Assembly: GCF_006345805.1 (NCBI RefSeq)
Contig: NW_021832973.1
Location: 1 to 59,688, forward strand
DNA: 59,688 nt
Direction of reading: 5' to 3'
DNA from: Octopus sinensis
Lineage: Eukaryota
Positions 1-13,424 of this stretch are shown one piece after another (position 1 is the stretch's first letter; each line of letters starts with the position of its first letter). A model generated the notes under the pieces. The model was given only the letters and a program-made list of their open reading frames with translations, was not told where the DNA came from and made no database searches. A program made the position numbers and the translations under genes.

Positions 1-65
1 GTTCGACTAAAGGCGGTGCTCCAGCATGGCCGCGTCAAGTGACTGAAACGAATATAAATAAAGAA
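1..65 (+). mobile_element. SINE-A 3' end
   Basis: aaggcggtgctccagcatggccgc..gactgaaac tail shared by all SINE-A copies. Confidence 0.85.
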
Positions 66-445
66 ATAAAAAATATATTATATTATTATTTAATTGAACG
101 CGACATATTTATTTCCAAGTATTACACACACACACACACACATCTTTTCAGTGTCGCCTGTCTTCCTGCGGCTTTGTTTATCTTAATTAACAAGCCCTTA
201 GTCATGTCGTACGAAGCCTTCTATCCACTTCCCATGAATCCTACCACCCGACGCAAACAGCACGATTTTCAGAGGATCCACTGACAATCCTTTCTCCTCT
301 TTTACCCTTCTTTTCTTATTCCTCTAATTAGTCACTTCCAACATACCGTACCAACCGGCGACAGTTGCCGCCTGTCAGTTATACACACACACACACACAC
401 ACATGCATACATACATACATACATACATATGCGTACATACATACA

Positions 446-476
<31 letters not shown>

Positions 477-790
477 TACCGTGTTTACTTCCGCAGTTCA
501 AATCTCCCGCCGTTCTTTGCGATTTCGTGTCTTCGTGTTGACCTTCGCCTTCGACAGCACCACCGCCGCCGCCGCCGCCGCCGCCACCCTCACCTCCACC
601 ACCATCACCAAAAACAGCAGCAACACCTCCGCTATCCCACTAACAATTGTCCTCCTACTTACCTCTCTCTCTTCTCCATCGACCCCAACATACTCTCGTA
701 TTCTTCACTGTCATGATAATTCCTCCACGCAAAAATATATTATCTGGATAGAATCTATCTATCCAGTGATTCAGTAAATATTTCATTTCT

Positions 791-822
791 CCTCTGATGG
801 AGGTTTTTCTCCGAAACGTTAG
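791..822 (+). ncRNA. Degenerate minimal hammerhead-like motif
   Basis: CU-CUGAUG(G)-AGGUUUUUCUCC-GAAA-CG-UU|AG; A9 lost and stem I only 2 bp. Confidence 0.35.
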
Positions 823-914
823 CCGTGGTTTCATCCTCACGTTATAAAATTCACAATCTGTCTATCCTTCTCTTCTTTCTATTAGGGAGGGGGAGTTATT
901 AGTCGTGTATATCT

Positions 915-1100
915 TTTATTGTTATAACTATTTCAGTCATGGGACTGCGGTCATGCCGGAGCACCGCCTCCAAGGGTATAATGGGTCAGATCGACTACAG
1001 TCTTTAATTTAAGTTGGGTACTTTTTCTATCGAACTTTTTGCCGATGCTATAGATTTCGAGGACGCAAACAAACAAACACCTGTTGTCATGTGGTGGAGA
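915..1100 (-). mobile_element. SINE-A 3' half
   Basis: Reverse-complement tail motifs. Confidence 0.75.
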
Positions 1101-1192
1101 CAGAAGCACAAGCACAGAACTGTACACTCACGCACACACACACATGCGTGTGTGTCTGTGTGTGTTCACCAGTTTGTGTGTGTGTCTTCACC

Positions 1193-1230
<38 letters not shown>

Positions 1231-1236
1231 TTCACC

Positions 1237-1272
<36 letters not shown>

Positions 1273-1875
1273 TGTGTAATCTGCCCCGTACTTCCTGAAG
1301 TACTTCAAAACTTAGCTTTCGCACATTTCGTGGTACTCGATCTCTATCTCTTTGTTTCTTGCTTTCTATTTTCCTTTCTTTCCCTCCCTCTTCCTTCGCC
1401 TCTCAGACTCTCTCTCTCTCTCTCTCTGTCTCTTCGTCTCTCTTCTCTTCTTTCTCACACTTTCTCCCCTCCTTTTCTCTTTCTCATCTCCCCTCCTCAC
1501 TCTCACTCCATCTTTCACTTTCTCCCTCTCTCTCTCTTTCTCTCTGTTTTTCTATCTTTCTTGCCCTCCTTTCCTCCTTTCCTTCATTTCCTCCTTTCCT
1601 TTTTCATATTTTTTTCGCTAAAAACCTTCCTGATTACCTCCTTCATAATCCCGAAAAGCATCTCGACCATTGGTCCAGCCGTTTGACCGTGAAGAGGGAA
1701 CACACAGACAGACAAACAGACAGACATAAAGCCCATTATAGTAAGATGTCATCATCGTCGTCGTCGTCGTCGTCAAGTCATCACCATCATCACTATCCTT
1801 ATCGTGACTGTTCTTCCTCTTCACTCCTCTTACTCCAACCCTTCCTCCTCCTCCACTTCCCCTCCCCCACCTCCA

Positions 1876-1910
<35 letters not shown>

Positions 1911-2354
1911 ACATCAACATCAACATCCTCAGCAACGACAACAGCATTAGTATAGGTTCATTACCTAGATAATTAATCAGTCCGCATCCGTTCCTAATTG
2001 ACCAACTGAGGTCACTCTCAGCCTCCAGAGGGGTGGTGTAGACGGTGCTGAGCCGGACCCGGTTCGCACCGGTTTTTACGAACCAGGTTGCCAGCATCAG
2101 CTCATATGTTTCGCTTGTTTTAAATCATTTGACCGGTTGTCGAATTCCTTCTTCTTTTGCCGGACACTGAATGGAGTGACACGGCCGGAAGTGCTACGAT
2201 AATAATCAGGCCACAAACCCAAATGACTCAGCCTGCTTGTCCTGTAGATAGTTAGGCGTCCCTTGAACCTTTAGAAATCGAGGTTTAATCACTGTTTGCT
2301 GTATTAAGTTTTCTATTCTAATGCTAAAAAATGTCATTATGAATGTATTATATT

Positions 2355-2700
2355 AAGGCGGCGAGCTGGCAGAAACGTTAGCACGCGTTCAAATTCCGCC
2401 GAGGTCGACTTTGCCTTTCATCCTTTCGGGGTCGATAAATTAAGTACCAGTTACGCACTGGGGTCGATGTAATCGACTCAATCCCTTTGTCTGTCCTTGT
2501 TTGTCCTCTCTATATTTAGCCCCTTGTGGGCAAGAAAGAAATAAGAAACGTTAGCACGCCGGGCAAAAATGCTTGGCAGAATTTCGCCCGTCGCTACGTT
2601 GAGTTCAAATTCCGCCTTTCGGGGGTCGATAAATTAAGTACCAGTGAAACACTGGGATTGATGAAATCGAGCACCGAAATTTCAGGCCTTAGCAGAAAGG
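2355..2700 (+). mobile_element. SINE-B tandem pair (tRNA-like head with widely spaced A and B boxes)
   Basis: ggcggcgagctggcagaa..gagttcaaattccgccgaggtcgactttgcctttcatcc body repeated; another copy at 3150-3360. Confidence 0.88.
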
Positions 2701-2722
2701 AATATTATTATTATCATTATTA

Positions 2723-2918
2723 AGGGGCAGGAGTGGCTGTGTGGTAAGTAGCTTGCTTACAAGCCACATGGTTCTGGGTTCAATCCCACTGCGTGGCACC
2801 TTGAGCAAGTGTCTACTAATATAGCCTCGGGCCGACCAAAGCCTTGTGAGTGGATTTGGTAGACGGAAACTGAAAGAAGTCCGTCGTATATATGTATATA
2901 TATATATATATTATGTGT

Positions 2919-2969
<51 letters not shown>

Positions 2970-3150
2970 TTGTGTGTCAATCCCCCAACATCGCTTGACA
3001 ACCGATGCTGGTGTGTTTACGTCCCCGTAACTTAGCGGTTCGGCAAAAGACACCGATAGAATAAGCACTAGGCTTCCATAGAATACGTCGTAGATTGGCT
3101 CGATTAAAGGCGGTGCTCCAGCATGGCCGCAGTCAAAGTAAAAGAGTAAA
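2723..3150 (+). mobile_element. SINE-A full length (tRNA head, CORE-like gtggcaccttgggcaagtg, internal TA/TG microsatellite)
   Basis: A box TGGCTGTGTGG, B box GGTTCAATCCC, shared body and tail. Confidence 0.9.
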
Positions 3151-3714
3151 GGCGGTGAGCTAACAGAAACATTAGCACGTCGGACAAAATGCTTAGCGGT
3201 ATTTCGTCTGGCTCTATGTTCTGAGTTCAAATTCCGCCAAGAATAGTTTTGCTTTTCATCTTTTCGGGGTCGATGAAGTAAGTACCAGTTTCGCCCTGGG
3301 GTCTATATAATCGACTTACCTCATCCCCCACAAAATTTCAGTTCTTGTACCTGTAGTAGAATGGATTATGAAAGTATTATATTTATCATGGCATTAGTTG
3401 CAGTCTTGGATGATTACACACACACACACATCACAATATTACAGTATCGACCAGGCCATCAGATGCTATTATAAACCGCTGGTCGCAATGCTCTTCCAAT
3501 TTTGTCTTGAGTGTTCCATTCTTATCCATCTCGACCCAAATTGCTCAACTTAATTGTCTTCCCATCTTCGTGAAGGCCTTCCAAGAGGCCATTTCCGATC
3601 GCCCAATCTAAACATTAACAACTAATGAGAAATATTAAAAACTATTAATAAGAAAAAGACTTGACTTGAACACAGTCGTATCCACAACGTAACATTCTTG
3701 AAAGCAAAGTTGTT

Positions 3715-4040
3715 CTGTATATCTTTTATGTTTTACCTGTTAGTCATTGCACGGCTGTCATGCTGGGACCACCGCCTTGGAGGATTCAGTCGAACCCAGA
3801 ACGTAGCGGCAGACGAAATACCGCAAAGCATTTCGCCCGACGTGCTAACGTTTCTGCCAGCTCCTCGCCGCCTTATATGCTTTCATAAATATTCTTCAAC
3901 GTCACTTGCTTGGTCTAAAGTCTGCTATTTGTGTCATCGGTCACGTGTGTCGAACCGCTAGGTTACGAGGGCTGTAAACGAACCAACACTTGTTATCAGA
4001 AAGTGGTAAAGAACAAACACAAAAACGCACGCACACACAC
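3715..4040 (-). mobile_element. Degenerate SINE-A 3' half interrupted by a SINE-B head (3800-3875, -)
   Basis: Tail and body motifs of both families. Confidence 0.65.
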
Positions 4041-4085
4041 ACATACACACAAGACGTTAAAATAAGGATGGAGGATTGTACATCC

Positions 4086-4318
4086 GCCAAGCGAGCTGGC
4101 AGAATCGTTAGCACGCCGGGCGAAATGCGTAGCCGTATTTCGTCTGCCGTTACGTTCTGAGTTCAAATTCCGCCGAGGTCGACTTTGCCTTTCATCCTTT
4201 CGGGGTCGATTAAATAAGTACCAGTTACGCACTGGGGTCGATGGAATCGACTTAATCGCTTTGTCTGTCCTTGTTTGTCCCCTCTATGTTTAGCCCCTTG
4301 TGGGTAGTAAAGAAATAT
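4086..4318 (+). mobile_element. SINE-B full length
   Basis: Head to tail ..gtagtaaagaaata. Confidence 0.92.
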
Positions 4319-5204
4319 ATTACAGTCTTATTGATAATGTATTCTCTTTAGATTTCTGTCCGATACGTGTTTCTATTGCATAGATATCCCAGGGTGTGAT
4401 ATCCAATTGATTCCTATTGGCTCAGTTGTATCCTTGGATAGCGATGCAGTAAAAACACATGTCGAACAGGAATTTAAAGAGAATTTATTGTATATATCAG
4501 AAATATTATATTTCTAAATATCTCAGAGAGATATGTACGGTGGTGGGGCGATAGGATGGTTGTATACTGTCAGCCTAACGTGACAGTAGGGGATTACACC
4601 ACCGCTGTTTAGCCCTAGGAAGCATCGACGCTTCCTGATGGCTTCGACACATATTTTCCTGTGTCCTTTCGAAGAGGAGACAAATACCCCCAACAGCTTG
4701 AGACTGTTATAAAAAGCTTTGAGGATGTACAGTTCTCCATCTTTATTTTAACGTATTATATATATGTGTGTGTGTGTATACATATATATATATATATACG
4801 CACATATGTATGTATGTTTATAGCATGTGTATACGACGGTTCTCCATACCGTTTCCGTCAACCAAATTCACTCACAAAGCCTTTAAATAGAAATGTGCGT
4901 GTGTATGTATGCATGTGTCAGTGTGCTAGTGTGTGTGTGTGTGTGTGTGTTTGTGTGTGTGCACGCGTGTGTGTGTGTGTGCGTGAGTTTGTGCTAGTGT
5001 GTGTGCGTGAGTTTGTGCTAGTGTGTGTGTGCGTGTGCTAGGGTGTGTGCGGGTGTATGTGTCTGTACATTAACCAAACGCAGAAGAAATCTGATAGTCT
5101 GTTAATGGAGAACCACGTCACATATTCCAAAATGACCAAACAACCGGTTCTACGAAGAACACCAGAAACGTTTCTAGGTATAGTCACTCTCCTACCCCAC
5201 TGCC

Positions 5205-5620
<416 letters not shown>

Positions 5621-5959
5621 ATCACACAGCACATATTCACAAACAGCGAGCAGACATAGTCCTCGCACACATATACGCTTCATGCACAAATACACGTATG
5701 CAAATGCGCATTAAGAAACCATGCTCATATACACATATAAGCATATACTTAGATAATCATATAGATATACACACACACACACACACACACACACTGTCTT
5801 CCAGCTTCCTTCTGTTTATTTCCTCGACTTCGTTTCGAATCGTGAGAACATATTTGCCTTTCTTTATATTACAGGAAGTAATGGAGAGTAATCGAGATAA
5901 GGGTGGCGGCGGCGGCGGCGGTGGTGGTACTAATATGGCACACTGACTCTGTGGTGGTG

Positions 5960-6225
5960 GTGGCGACGGGGGTCTCGTTGCGACGGTGGTGTTTGGCCGT
6001 CGTTGTTGTCTTGATCGTGATGGCGGTGGTGGTTGGAGATGTGGTAGCGGTGGTTGTGACGGCGGCTGCGTCGGTTATGGTGGCTGTGGTGGTGGTGTGG
6101 TGGTGGTGGTGGTGGTGGTGGTGGTGGTGGTGGTGGTGGTGTGGTGGTGGTGAGGTGGTGGTGGTGGTGGTGGCGGCGGCGGCGGTAGTGGTGGTGGTGG
6201 TTGGTGGTGGTGGTGGTGGTGGTGA
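5960..6225. repeat. (TGG)n/(GGC)n microsatellite
   Basis: Direct reading. Confidence 0.95.
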
Positions 6226-6277
6226 AGGTAATAGCGCTGGTCGTGCAAGTGACGTTGAAGAATATGAAAGCATATAA

Positions 6278-6510
6278 AGGCGGCGAGCTGGCAGAATGGT
6301 TAGCGCACCGGGCGAAATGCGTAGCCGTATTTAGTCTGCCGCTACGTTCTGAGTTCAAATTCCGCCGAGGTTGACTTTGCCTTTCATCCTTTCGAGGGTC
6401 GAAAAATTAAGTACCAATTACGCACTGGGGTCGATATAATCGACTTAATCCGTTTGTCTGTCTTTGTCTGTCCTTGTTTAGCCCCTTGTGGGTAGTAAAG
6501 AAATAGGTAT
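6278..6510 (+). mobile_element. SINE-B full length
   Basis: Near-identical to 4086-4318. Confidence 0.92.
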
Positions 6511-6628
6511 ATTTCACTGACAAAATATGGATCAGGTCACTTGCTATGCAAGTACATCTCCGTAAATACATATATACGATTTGAGTTCATTTGTCACCTA
6601 CGTCCGTATTGCCACCCATTCTTTAGTG

Positions 6629-6950
6629 GGTAGAAGTGAAGTCGCGTGGTTAAGTAGTTCGGATATTCGGTTCAAGACCGTGAAGTCGCAAGTTCGATTC
6701 CTGTAGGTGCGTCCTATCTTTGAACATAACTTTATTTCACGCTATTTCATTCCACTCAGCTGGCAAAAATGGGTTGTAGCAGCATTTGAAAAGGGCCAGC
6801 CTTGTCACATTCTGTGTCGGGTTGAATGTGTCTGAGAACTACGTTAAGGGTATGGGGTGTCTGTGGAGTACCCAGCCACTTGCACGTTAATTTCACAAGC
6901 AGGCTGATCGGACCTACTGGAACACTCGCAGTCGTAACCGATGGAGGACC
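6629..6950 (+). mobile_element. SINE-D (different tRNA-like head, tail shared with SINE-C type 2)
   Basis: B box agttcgattcc; cagccacttgcacgttaatttcac tail; reverse fragment at 51765-51845. Confidence 0.7.
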
Positions 6951-7199
6951 AGTTTTAGGGGACATATGTAACAAACCATATACCATTCCCAGAAAATGTG
7001 CGGCCCGCGTGTTCCAGGTAGAATTGGCAAAGCGCTCGATAAAATGACGCTCATCCTTCAAGGGTCGGTTGATGAAAATACAGCCCAGTAAAGAACTGGG
7101 GTCGATATCGTCATCATCATCATCATCATCACCACCACCATCACCACTTATTGACCATGTTCCATATTGGCATGAGTTGAACGGTTTGGTAGGATCCCA

Positions 7200-7340
7200 C
7201 AGGTCCAAAGTCTACATCCTGCCCCAGTTTCTGATTTAGTAGGGGTTTCTACAGCTGGATACCCTTCCTAACACTAACCACTTTACAGAATGTACTGGGT
7301 GTTTTTGTCTGTGTGTGGAGGGGGGTGCCACGAGCATTAA
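7200..7340 (+). mobile_element. RTE-like LINE 3' UTR fragment
   Basis: Contains gctggatacccttcctaacactaacc, a motif recalled from RTE-type 3' ends. Confidence 0.4.
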
Positions 7341-7849
7341 TGGGATCGCCATGCAGGTCGCAAGATTACAAACCCCGTGGGAGTCGGCTGTATGCTAGGA
7401 AATGAGGGGTTGAAGTATGAAAGGAGGGGACCAGAAAAGAACAGGTTTTTTTGCTGCAGAGGAACAACACGGCTCCTCACATTCCAGAAGATGATTATGG
7501 CAGCATAAATTAGCAGGAAATGTTGATGGCAGGTTTAAAATTAAATCGCTTTAAGACAGAAAACTTGTATCATAGAATGAGGGTCTATTTCAGGCGAGAT
7601 GCCATGTGTCTGGAAAAAAAAAATTATTCTCGAGATGAAATCGTAAGAAGACTTACAACCAACAGACATTACTTGTGGGCCAGGAAGTTTGATGGCAACA
7701 AAGGATCAAGTTTTGGAATACTTCCTGTCTTTAATCTGATATGCTCAAGCACGAAAAGCAAAGAAAGTTCTATGATGGGTGACGTCGTGATTGCAGATGC
7801 AATCAGGTTTTGGTACAAGTACCGTAATTTCTGGGGCAGGAGTAGTAAT

Positions 7850-9640
7850 TCGATTACATCGACCCCAGTGCGTAACTGGTACTTATTTCATCTACACCGA
7901 AAGGGCGACAAGCAAAGTCAACCTCGGCAGAATTGAATCTCAGAACATGAAAACAGATGAAATGCCACTAAGAATTTTGTCCTGTGTGTCAGCGATTCTG
8001 CCAGCTCGCCGCCTTACGGTAAATAAATATTAGATTTCTGTCCGATACGCGTTTCTATTGCATAGATATCCTAGGGTGCGATATCCAGTACGTAACTGAT
8101 ACTTAATTTATCGACCCCGAAAGGATGAAAGGCAAAGTCGACCTCGGCAGAGTTTCAACTCAGAACGTAACGGCAGACGAAATACCGCTATGCATTTTGC
8201 CCGACATACTAATGATTCTGCCGGCTCGCCGCCTTACGATAAAGGACTATTGAAGAAGTATTGTGGTTTTAGTTTTCATTACTACAAACTTAGATGCTGG
8301 GCCACACTCCGATGTCTACAAGATCCTTAAGGAACAGAATTTTAAACAAGCTATTTGGCACGTCTCTAGGCCAAGATATTTATTTATGACAATATACAAA
8401 CCACCTGGTTTCTGGGTATGTAGATGAGGACTACATTAGGGTACCTAAATTTACTGAAGCAACTCGTTTAGAGAACGACACAGCCAAAAGGGGTAATTTT
8501 GCTTCCTAACCATATGGTTCCGAGTTCAGTCCCACTGCGAGGCGCCTTAGGCAAGTGTCTTCTGCTATGGCTTCGGGCCATATTCAATTCAAATTCCGTC
8601 AGAGTTGACTTTGCCTTTCAACCTTTCGGGGTCTAAAAACACTGGGTTCGATCTAATTGACTTACTGCCTCCCCTAAAATTGCTGGCCTTGTGCCAAAAT
8701 ATGAAGATATTTTTAAATACCAATGAGATTCACGTTTCCTTTTCGTTTTCCAAAAAAAACCCCAAACTTTGAATAAAAATTAGCTACAAATAAAAAGCTT
8801 TTACAAGTTGGAAAAATACTGATCAGATTTAATCTCCAAGGGTTAGGTTAACATTTTTATATTTTCTTTTTATAGATGGCGTGAGTATTGGTATCAGATT
8901 TTGGAACAAAAGTCGACCCCAGCAGAATTTGGACTCAGAAAGTAAATTCGGACGAAATGCCGCTAAGCATTTTGTCCGGCGTGCAAACGATTCTGCCGGC
9001 TCGCCACTTCAAATATAGCCTAAATATCGTTTTCAAATTTTACTACAAGCCAGAAATTTCGGATGAGTAGGTCGATTACATCGACACCAGTGCATCACTG
9101 GTACTTAATTTATCGACCCCAAAAGAACGAAAGGCAAAATCAACCTCGACGGAATTTAAAATCAACGCAAGGACGGACGAAATGCCGCTAAGCATTTTGT
9201 CCGGCGTGCCAACGATTCTTTCAGGTTAAAGATGGCCAAAATATTGATCCATCGATCTAATGTTCAACTAACATAGGTTTCGAATAATTTTTTACCCTGT
9301 GAAAAATAATGCCATTAAATATAAAAACAACTTTTTAAAAGACTGCACACCTTGCGACATACATACATATCCTTTTCTACTCTAAGCACAAGGCCCGAAA
9401 TTTTGGCGGAGTGGGGCCAATCGATTAGATCAACCCAGTATGTAACTGGTACTTAATTTATCGACCCCGAAAGGATAAAAGGCAAAGTCGATCTCGGCGG
9501 AATTTGAACTCAGAACGTAAAGACAGAAGAAATACCTATTTCTTTACTACCCACAAGGGGCTAAACACAGAGGGGACAAACAAGGGCAGACAAACGGATT
9601 AAGTCGATTACATCGACCCCAGTTCGTAACTGGTACTTAA
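7850..9640 (-). mobile_element. Cluster of SINE-B copies (7850-8015, 8085-8235, 8905-9230, 9370-9640 on minus; 8585-8700 on plus)
   Basis: Repeated SINE-B body motifs. Confidence 0.8.
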
Positions 9641-9716
9641 AACGTTGTTGTAGGAATGTACGCAGCATGTGTACCCCAGCGGTACTATGCATAGATTTAG
9701 TACTGAAATTGAAAGG

Positions 9717-9912
9717 CAGGGGCGAATTATGCCTACCTAATCTACAAAAAAATATATATATATTTTGCATTTTATGCATAGTGATCAGAGTAACCTTTAT
9801 AATTTTATTGAATTAGGTGCATATTTTGCCATGAAAGGAAAACGTTATTATCGATCTACTTTATTCAGAGTAGGCACTGCCTACCTTGCCTACGCAGGCG
9901 GCACGTCCCTGG
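9717..9912. mobile_element. Possible MITE relic
   Basis: CAGGGGCG.. and ..GGCACGTCCCTG ends with internal TGCCTAC repeats; TIRs imperfect. Confidence 0.3.
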
Positions 9913-9954
9913 TACGTACGTGCGTACAAATGTACTCGTGTATGTACTCTCTCT

Positions 9955-10062
9955 TTTACTCTTTTACTTGTTTCCGAACCGCTAAGTGACGGGGACGTAA
10001 ACACACCAGCATCGGTTGTTAAGCAATGCTAGGGGGACAACCACAGACAAACAAACACACAC

Positions 10063-10107
<45 letters not shown>

Positions 10108-10305
10108 ATATATAATATATATATATATATATACATATATACGACGGGCTTCTTTCAGTTTCCGCCAACCAAATCCACTCACAAGGCATTGGTCGGCCCG
10201 GGGCTATAGCAGAAGACACTTGCCCAAGATGCCACGCAGTGGGACTGAACCCGGAACCATGTGGTTGGTTAGCAAGCTACTTACCAAACAGCCACTCCAG
10301 CGCCT
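9955..10305 (-). mobile_element. SINE-A, internally deleted
   Basis: Head at 10305, internal (TA)n, tail at 9955; another tail fragment at 10490-10585. Confidence 0.88.
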
Positions 10306-10593
10306 ATGTATATATATGTATATATTAGAAATCGGAGTCAGCTTGCACTTTTGTCTAAAAATACAAACACCTACACATGTGCATAAACACATTCATTATA
10401 CACCGACAGGGTATGTGGTTAGCCTCGCTATCAGAATTTCAGTAAACACGTGATTGGACCTTTGTGGGGAAAAACCTGCAGACAAGACCGCTGTTACTCT
10501 CTTACTCTTTTACTTGTTTCAGTCATTTGGCTGCGGCCATGCTGGAGCACCGCCTTTAGTCGAGCAAATCGACCCCGGGACTGATACTTTTTT

Positions 10594-10643
<50 letters not shown>

Positions 10644-10725
10644 GGTCCCGGGTTGAGTCGGGGTTAACCACAGTAAATAAGGTACTCAATACATAGCAGA
10701 GTAAATTAATTTATTATATAGAAGG

Positions 10726-10776
10726 AGCTTCTACAGGACTAGAACTGTTTCATTCAAAAGAAATCATCAGGAAGCT
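10726..10776 (-). ncRNA. Type I hammerhead ribozyme motif (left arm, identical copy)
   Basis: Exact reverse complement of 11794-11844. Confidence 0.8.
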
Positions 10777-11793
10777 AGTAGACAAGAGTTGTTTTGGCAT
10801 TTATACATTTAGGCAGGTTTAAATGGGTGGTGGTGGGGGACTTTTTTCGGGGTAGGCATGGCGCAAAACTGTCATTCTAAGGGGAGTGGTCAAAGGAATC
10901 GGTGGTAAAGTAGATAAAAGAATAAATAAAAGAATAAAAAATAAATAGAAAAATAGAGTTTTAGCTAAGTAAGGAGACTCTCACTTGTACATCTACATAT
11001 ATATATATATACATATATATACACACCCACATATTCACATATATCTATACATATACATACATACCCACATATACATACATACCCACATATACATACATAT
11101 ATATATACATACATACACATACATATACATATATATATACATATATATACATATATATACACATACCCATGTACGTACACACAGATACACATATACATAC
11201 ATATATATACATACATGTATACACACTCGCACATATATATACATACACACAGATATATATACACATGCATATACATGCACACACATACACACAAAAAAAA
11301 TGTGTATGTGTGTGCATGTATATGCATGTGTATATATATATGTGTGTATGTATATATATGTGCGAGTGTGTATACATGTATGTATATATATGTATGTATA
11401 TGTGTATCTGTGTGTACGTACATGGGTATGTGTATATATATGTATATATATGTATATATATATGTATATGTATGTGTATGTATGTATATATATATGTATG
11501 TATATGTGGGTATGTATGTATATGTATAGATATATGTGAATATGTGGGTGTGTATATATATGTATATATATATGTAGATGTACAAGTGAGAGTCTCCTTA
11601 CTTAGCTAAAACTCTATTTTTCTATTTATTTTTTATTCTTTTATTTATTCTTTTATCTACTTTACCACCGATTCCTTTGACCACTCCCCTAATAATGACA
11701 GTTTTGCGCCATGCCTACCCCCCAAAATGTCCCCCACCACCACCCATTTAAACCTGCCTAAATGTATAAATGCCAAAACAACTCTTGTATACT

Positions 11794-11844
11794 AGCTTCC
11801 TGATGATTTCTTTTGAATGAAACAGTTCTAGTCCTGTAGAAGCT
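11794..11844 (+). ncRNA. Type I hammerhead ribozyme motif (right arm of the palindrome)
   Basis: AGCUUC-CUGAUGA-UUUC UUUU GAAU-GAAA-CAG UUCUAGUC CUG-UA|GAAGCU: 6-bp stem I, 4-bp stem III, GUA triplet; 10.1-11.1 is a non-canonical U-U. Confidence 0.8.
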
Positions 11845-11896
11845 CCTTCTATATAATAAATATATATATATATATATATTATATATACATACATAT

Positions 11897-12202
11897 AGTG
11901 GAGGCGCAATGGCGCAATGGCCCAACTTAGGGCAGCGGACTCGCGGTCGTAGGATTGCGGTTTCGATTCCTAGACCGGGCGTTGTGAGTGTTTATTGAGT
12001 GAAAACACCTAAAACCTCCACGACGCTCCGGCAGGGGGTGGTGATCCCTGCTGTACTCTTTCACCACTCTTTCTCCCATTCTTTCTTCTGTTGGCCTGCT
12101 CGCTTAGCCAGCGGGGTGGCGTCATTCAAAGGCTAAAACAATGCGAACGCATTGTGACCAGCGATGTGTAACAACATCTGATGGTCTGGTCGGTCACGTG
12201 AT

Positions 12203-12210
<8 letters not shown>
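11897..12210 (+). mobile_element. SINE-C (tRNA head), tail type 1
   Basis: gtggaggcgcaatggccc..B box gtttcgattcc; tail ..ccagcggggtggcgtcattc..ctgatggtctggtc. Confidence 0.85.
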
Positions 12211-12237
<27 letters not shown>

Positions 12238-12854
12238 CGACAGGCTTCTTTCAGTTTCCGTCTACCAAATCCACTCACAAGGCTTTCTAATTGATAGCGA
12301 GAGATTCCCAAAAAACAGAGCAACACATGAGGTACTGATTGCTTGAACGGTTTAGTTCAAAGATCTGTTAGATCCGGGTTGCCATGGGCTAAACGACAAC
12401 TCGAACACCCAAAAATATCAATAATGTTTGATAGTCAATTAAGTGCTTTATCTGTTATCTCTCTTGTGATATCACTTATCTTGTTGTTTCGCATCGTTTG
12501 GAAATTTATCTTGGACAAATTCCATTTCTGTAGGTCAAGTGGTTGAGCGCGCGCGTGTGTGTGTGTTTGTGTGTGTGAGAGAGAGACTATGTTTGCACAT
12601 GTCTACGTGGAGTGGTGGCTGTGTCCAGGTTTATATATGTTCATGTACTTCTTTGTGAGTGTGCGCATGTGTGTCTGCGTGCGTGTCTATGTATGTATAA
12701 GTACGTGCATATCAGTGTGTGTGTGTGTGTCTATGTGTGTGTGTGGTGTGTGTGTGTGTGAATGCGTCTATATACAGGCAGGTAGGTGTGTAGAGGGTGA
12801 GGGGGCAATGTCCGTCTTTGTATGTCTGCGTGTGTGTACGTGCGTCTGCGCGTA

Positions 12855-12924
<70 letters not shown>

Positions 12925-13099
12925 TGTGTGTCTGTGTATGTATATGCGTGTAAGCGTGTATACTCATGTAAAGACTTGTAGCTTATTAACATTATAATTA
13001 TTCATAATAAATCTCTGAGCGAGACGTAAACAGTAGCAGCACGGAATCGTGAAGTATATTTGCCACCTAAATGTGGCGGTCCCATAAGGGACGATGCCA

Positions 13100-13386
13100 C
13101 TGTTGTTTATAGGCCCAGGAAGACATCTCCCCCAGCTGGCTAACGACCAACATCGCTTGTAAAGTGATGGTGCCGGGACAAATAGAAACACACAAACACA
13201 TACGCGCGCGCACACACATATGTATATATATATATACGACGGGCTTCATTCAGTTTCCGTCCACCAGATCCTCTCACAAGGCTTTGGTTGACCCGAGGCT
13301 ATAGTAGAAGGTGCCATGCAGTGGGACTGAACCCGGAACCATGTGGTTGGTAAGCAAACTACTTACCATACCGCCACTCCTGCGCC
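13100..13386 (-). mobile_element. SINE-A
   Basis: Head ccgccactcctgcgcc at 13371-13386. Confidence 0.85.
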
Positions 13387-13424
13387 TATTATGATTATAA
13401 TTATAAAATATAGTCACTTTACAT

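Larger units (their letters stand above)
10709..11861. repeat. 1.15-kb near-perfect palindrome (~575-bp arms, 9-nt loop 11292-11300)
   Basis: A ~280-bp complex segment plus a TA/CA-rich segment are mirrored with only a few substitutions and indels. Confidence 0.97.

Noticed and set aside
5140-5180. ACGAAGA..GAAACGTT motif
   Set aside because: It has no stem I or stem II pairing.
5869-6358. Poly-His/Thr/Pro/Trp ORFs
   Set aside because: They come from a (TGG)n microsatellite running into a SINE.
10965-11609. Near-identical ORFs on both strands
   Set aside because: They are a by-product of the palindrome over TA/CA repeats.
11897-11975. tRNA gene calls for SINE heads
   Set aside because: A and B boxes are present, but there is no full cloverleaf and the sequence continues into SINE bodies.
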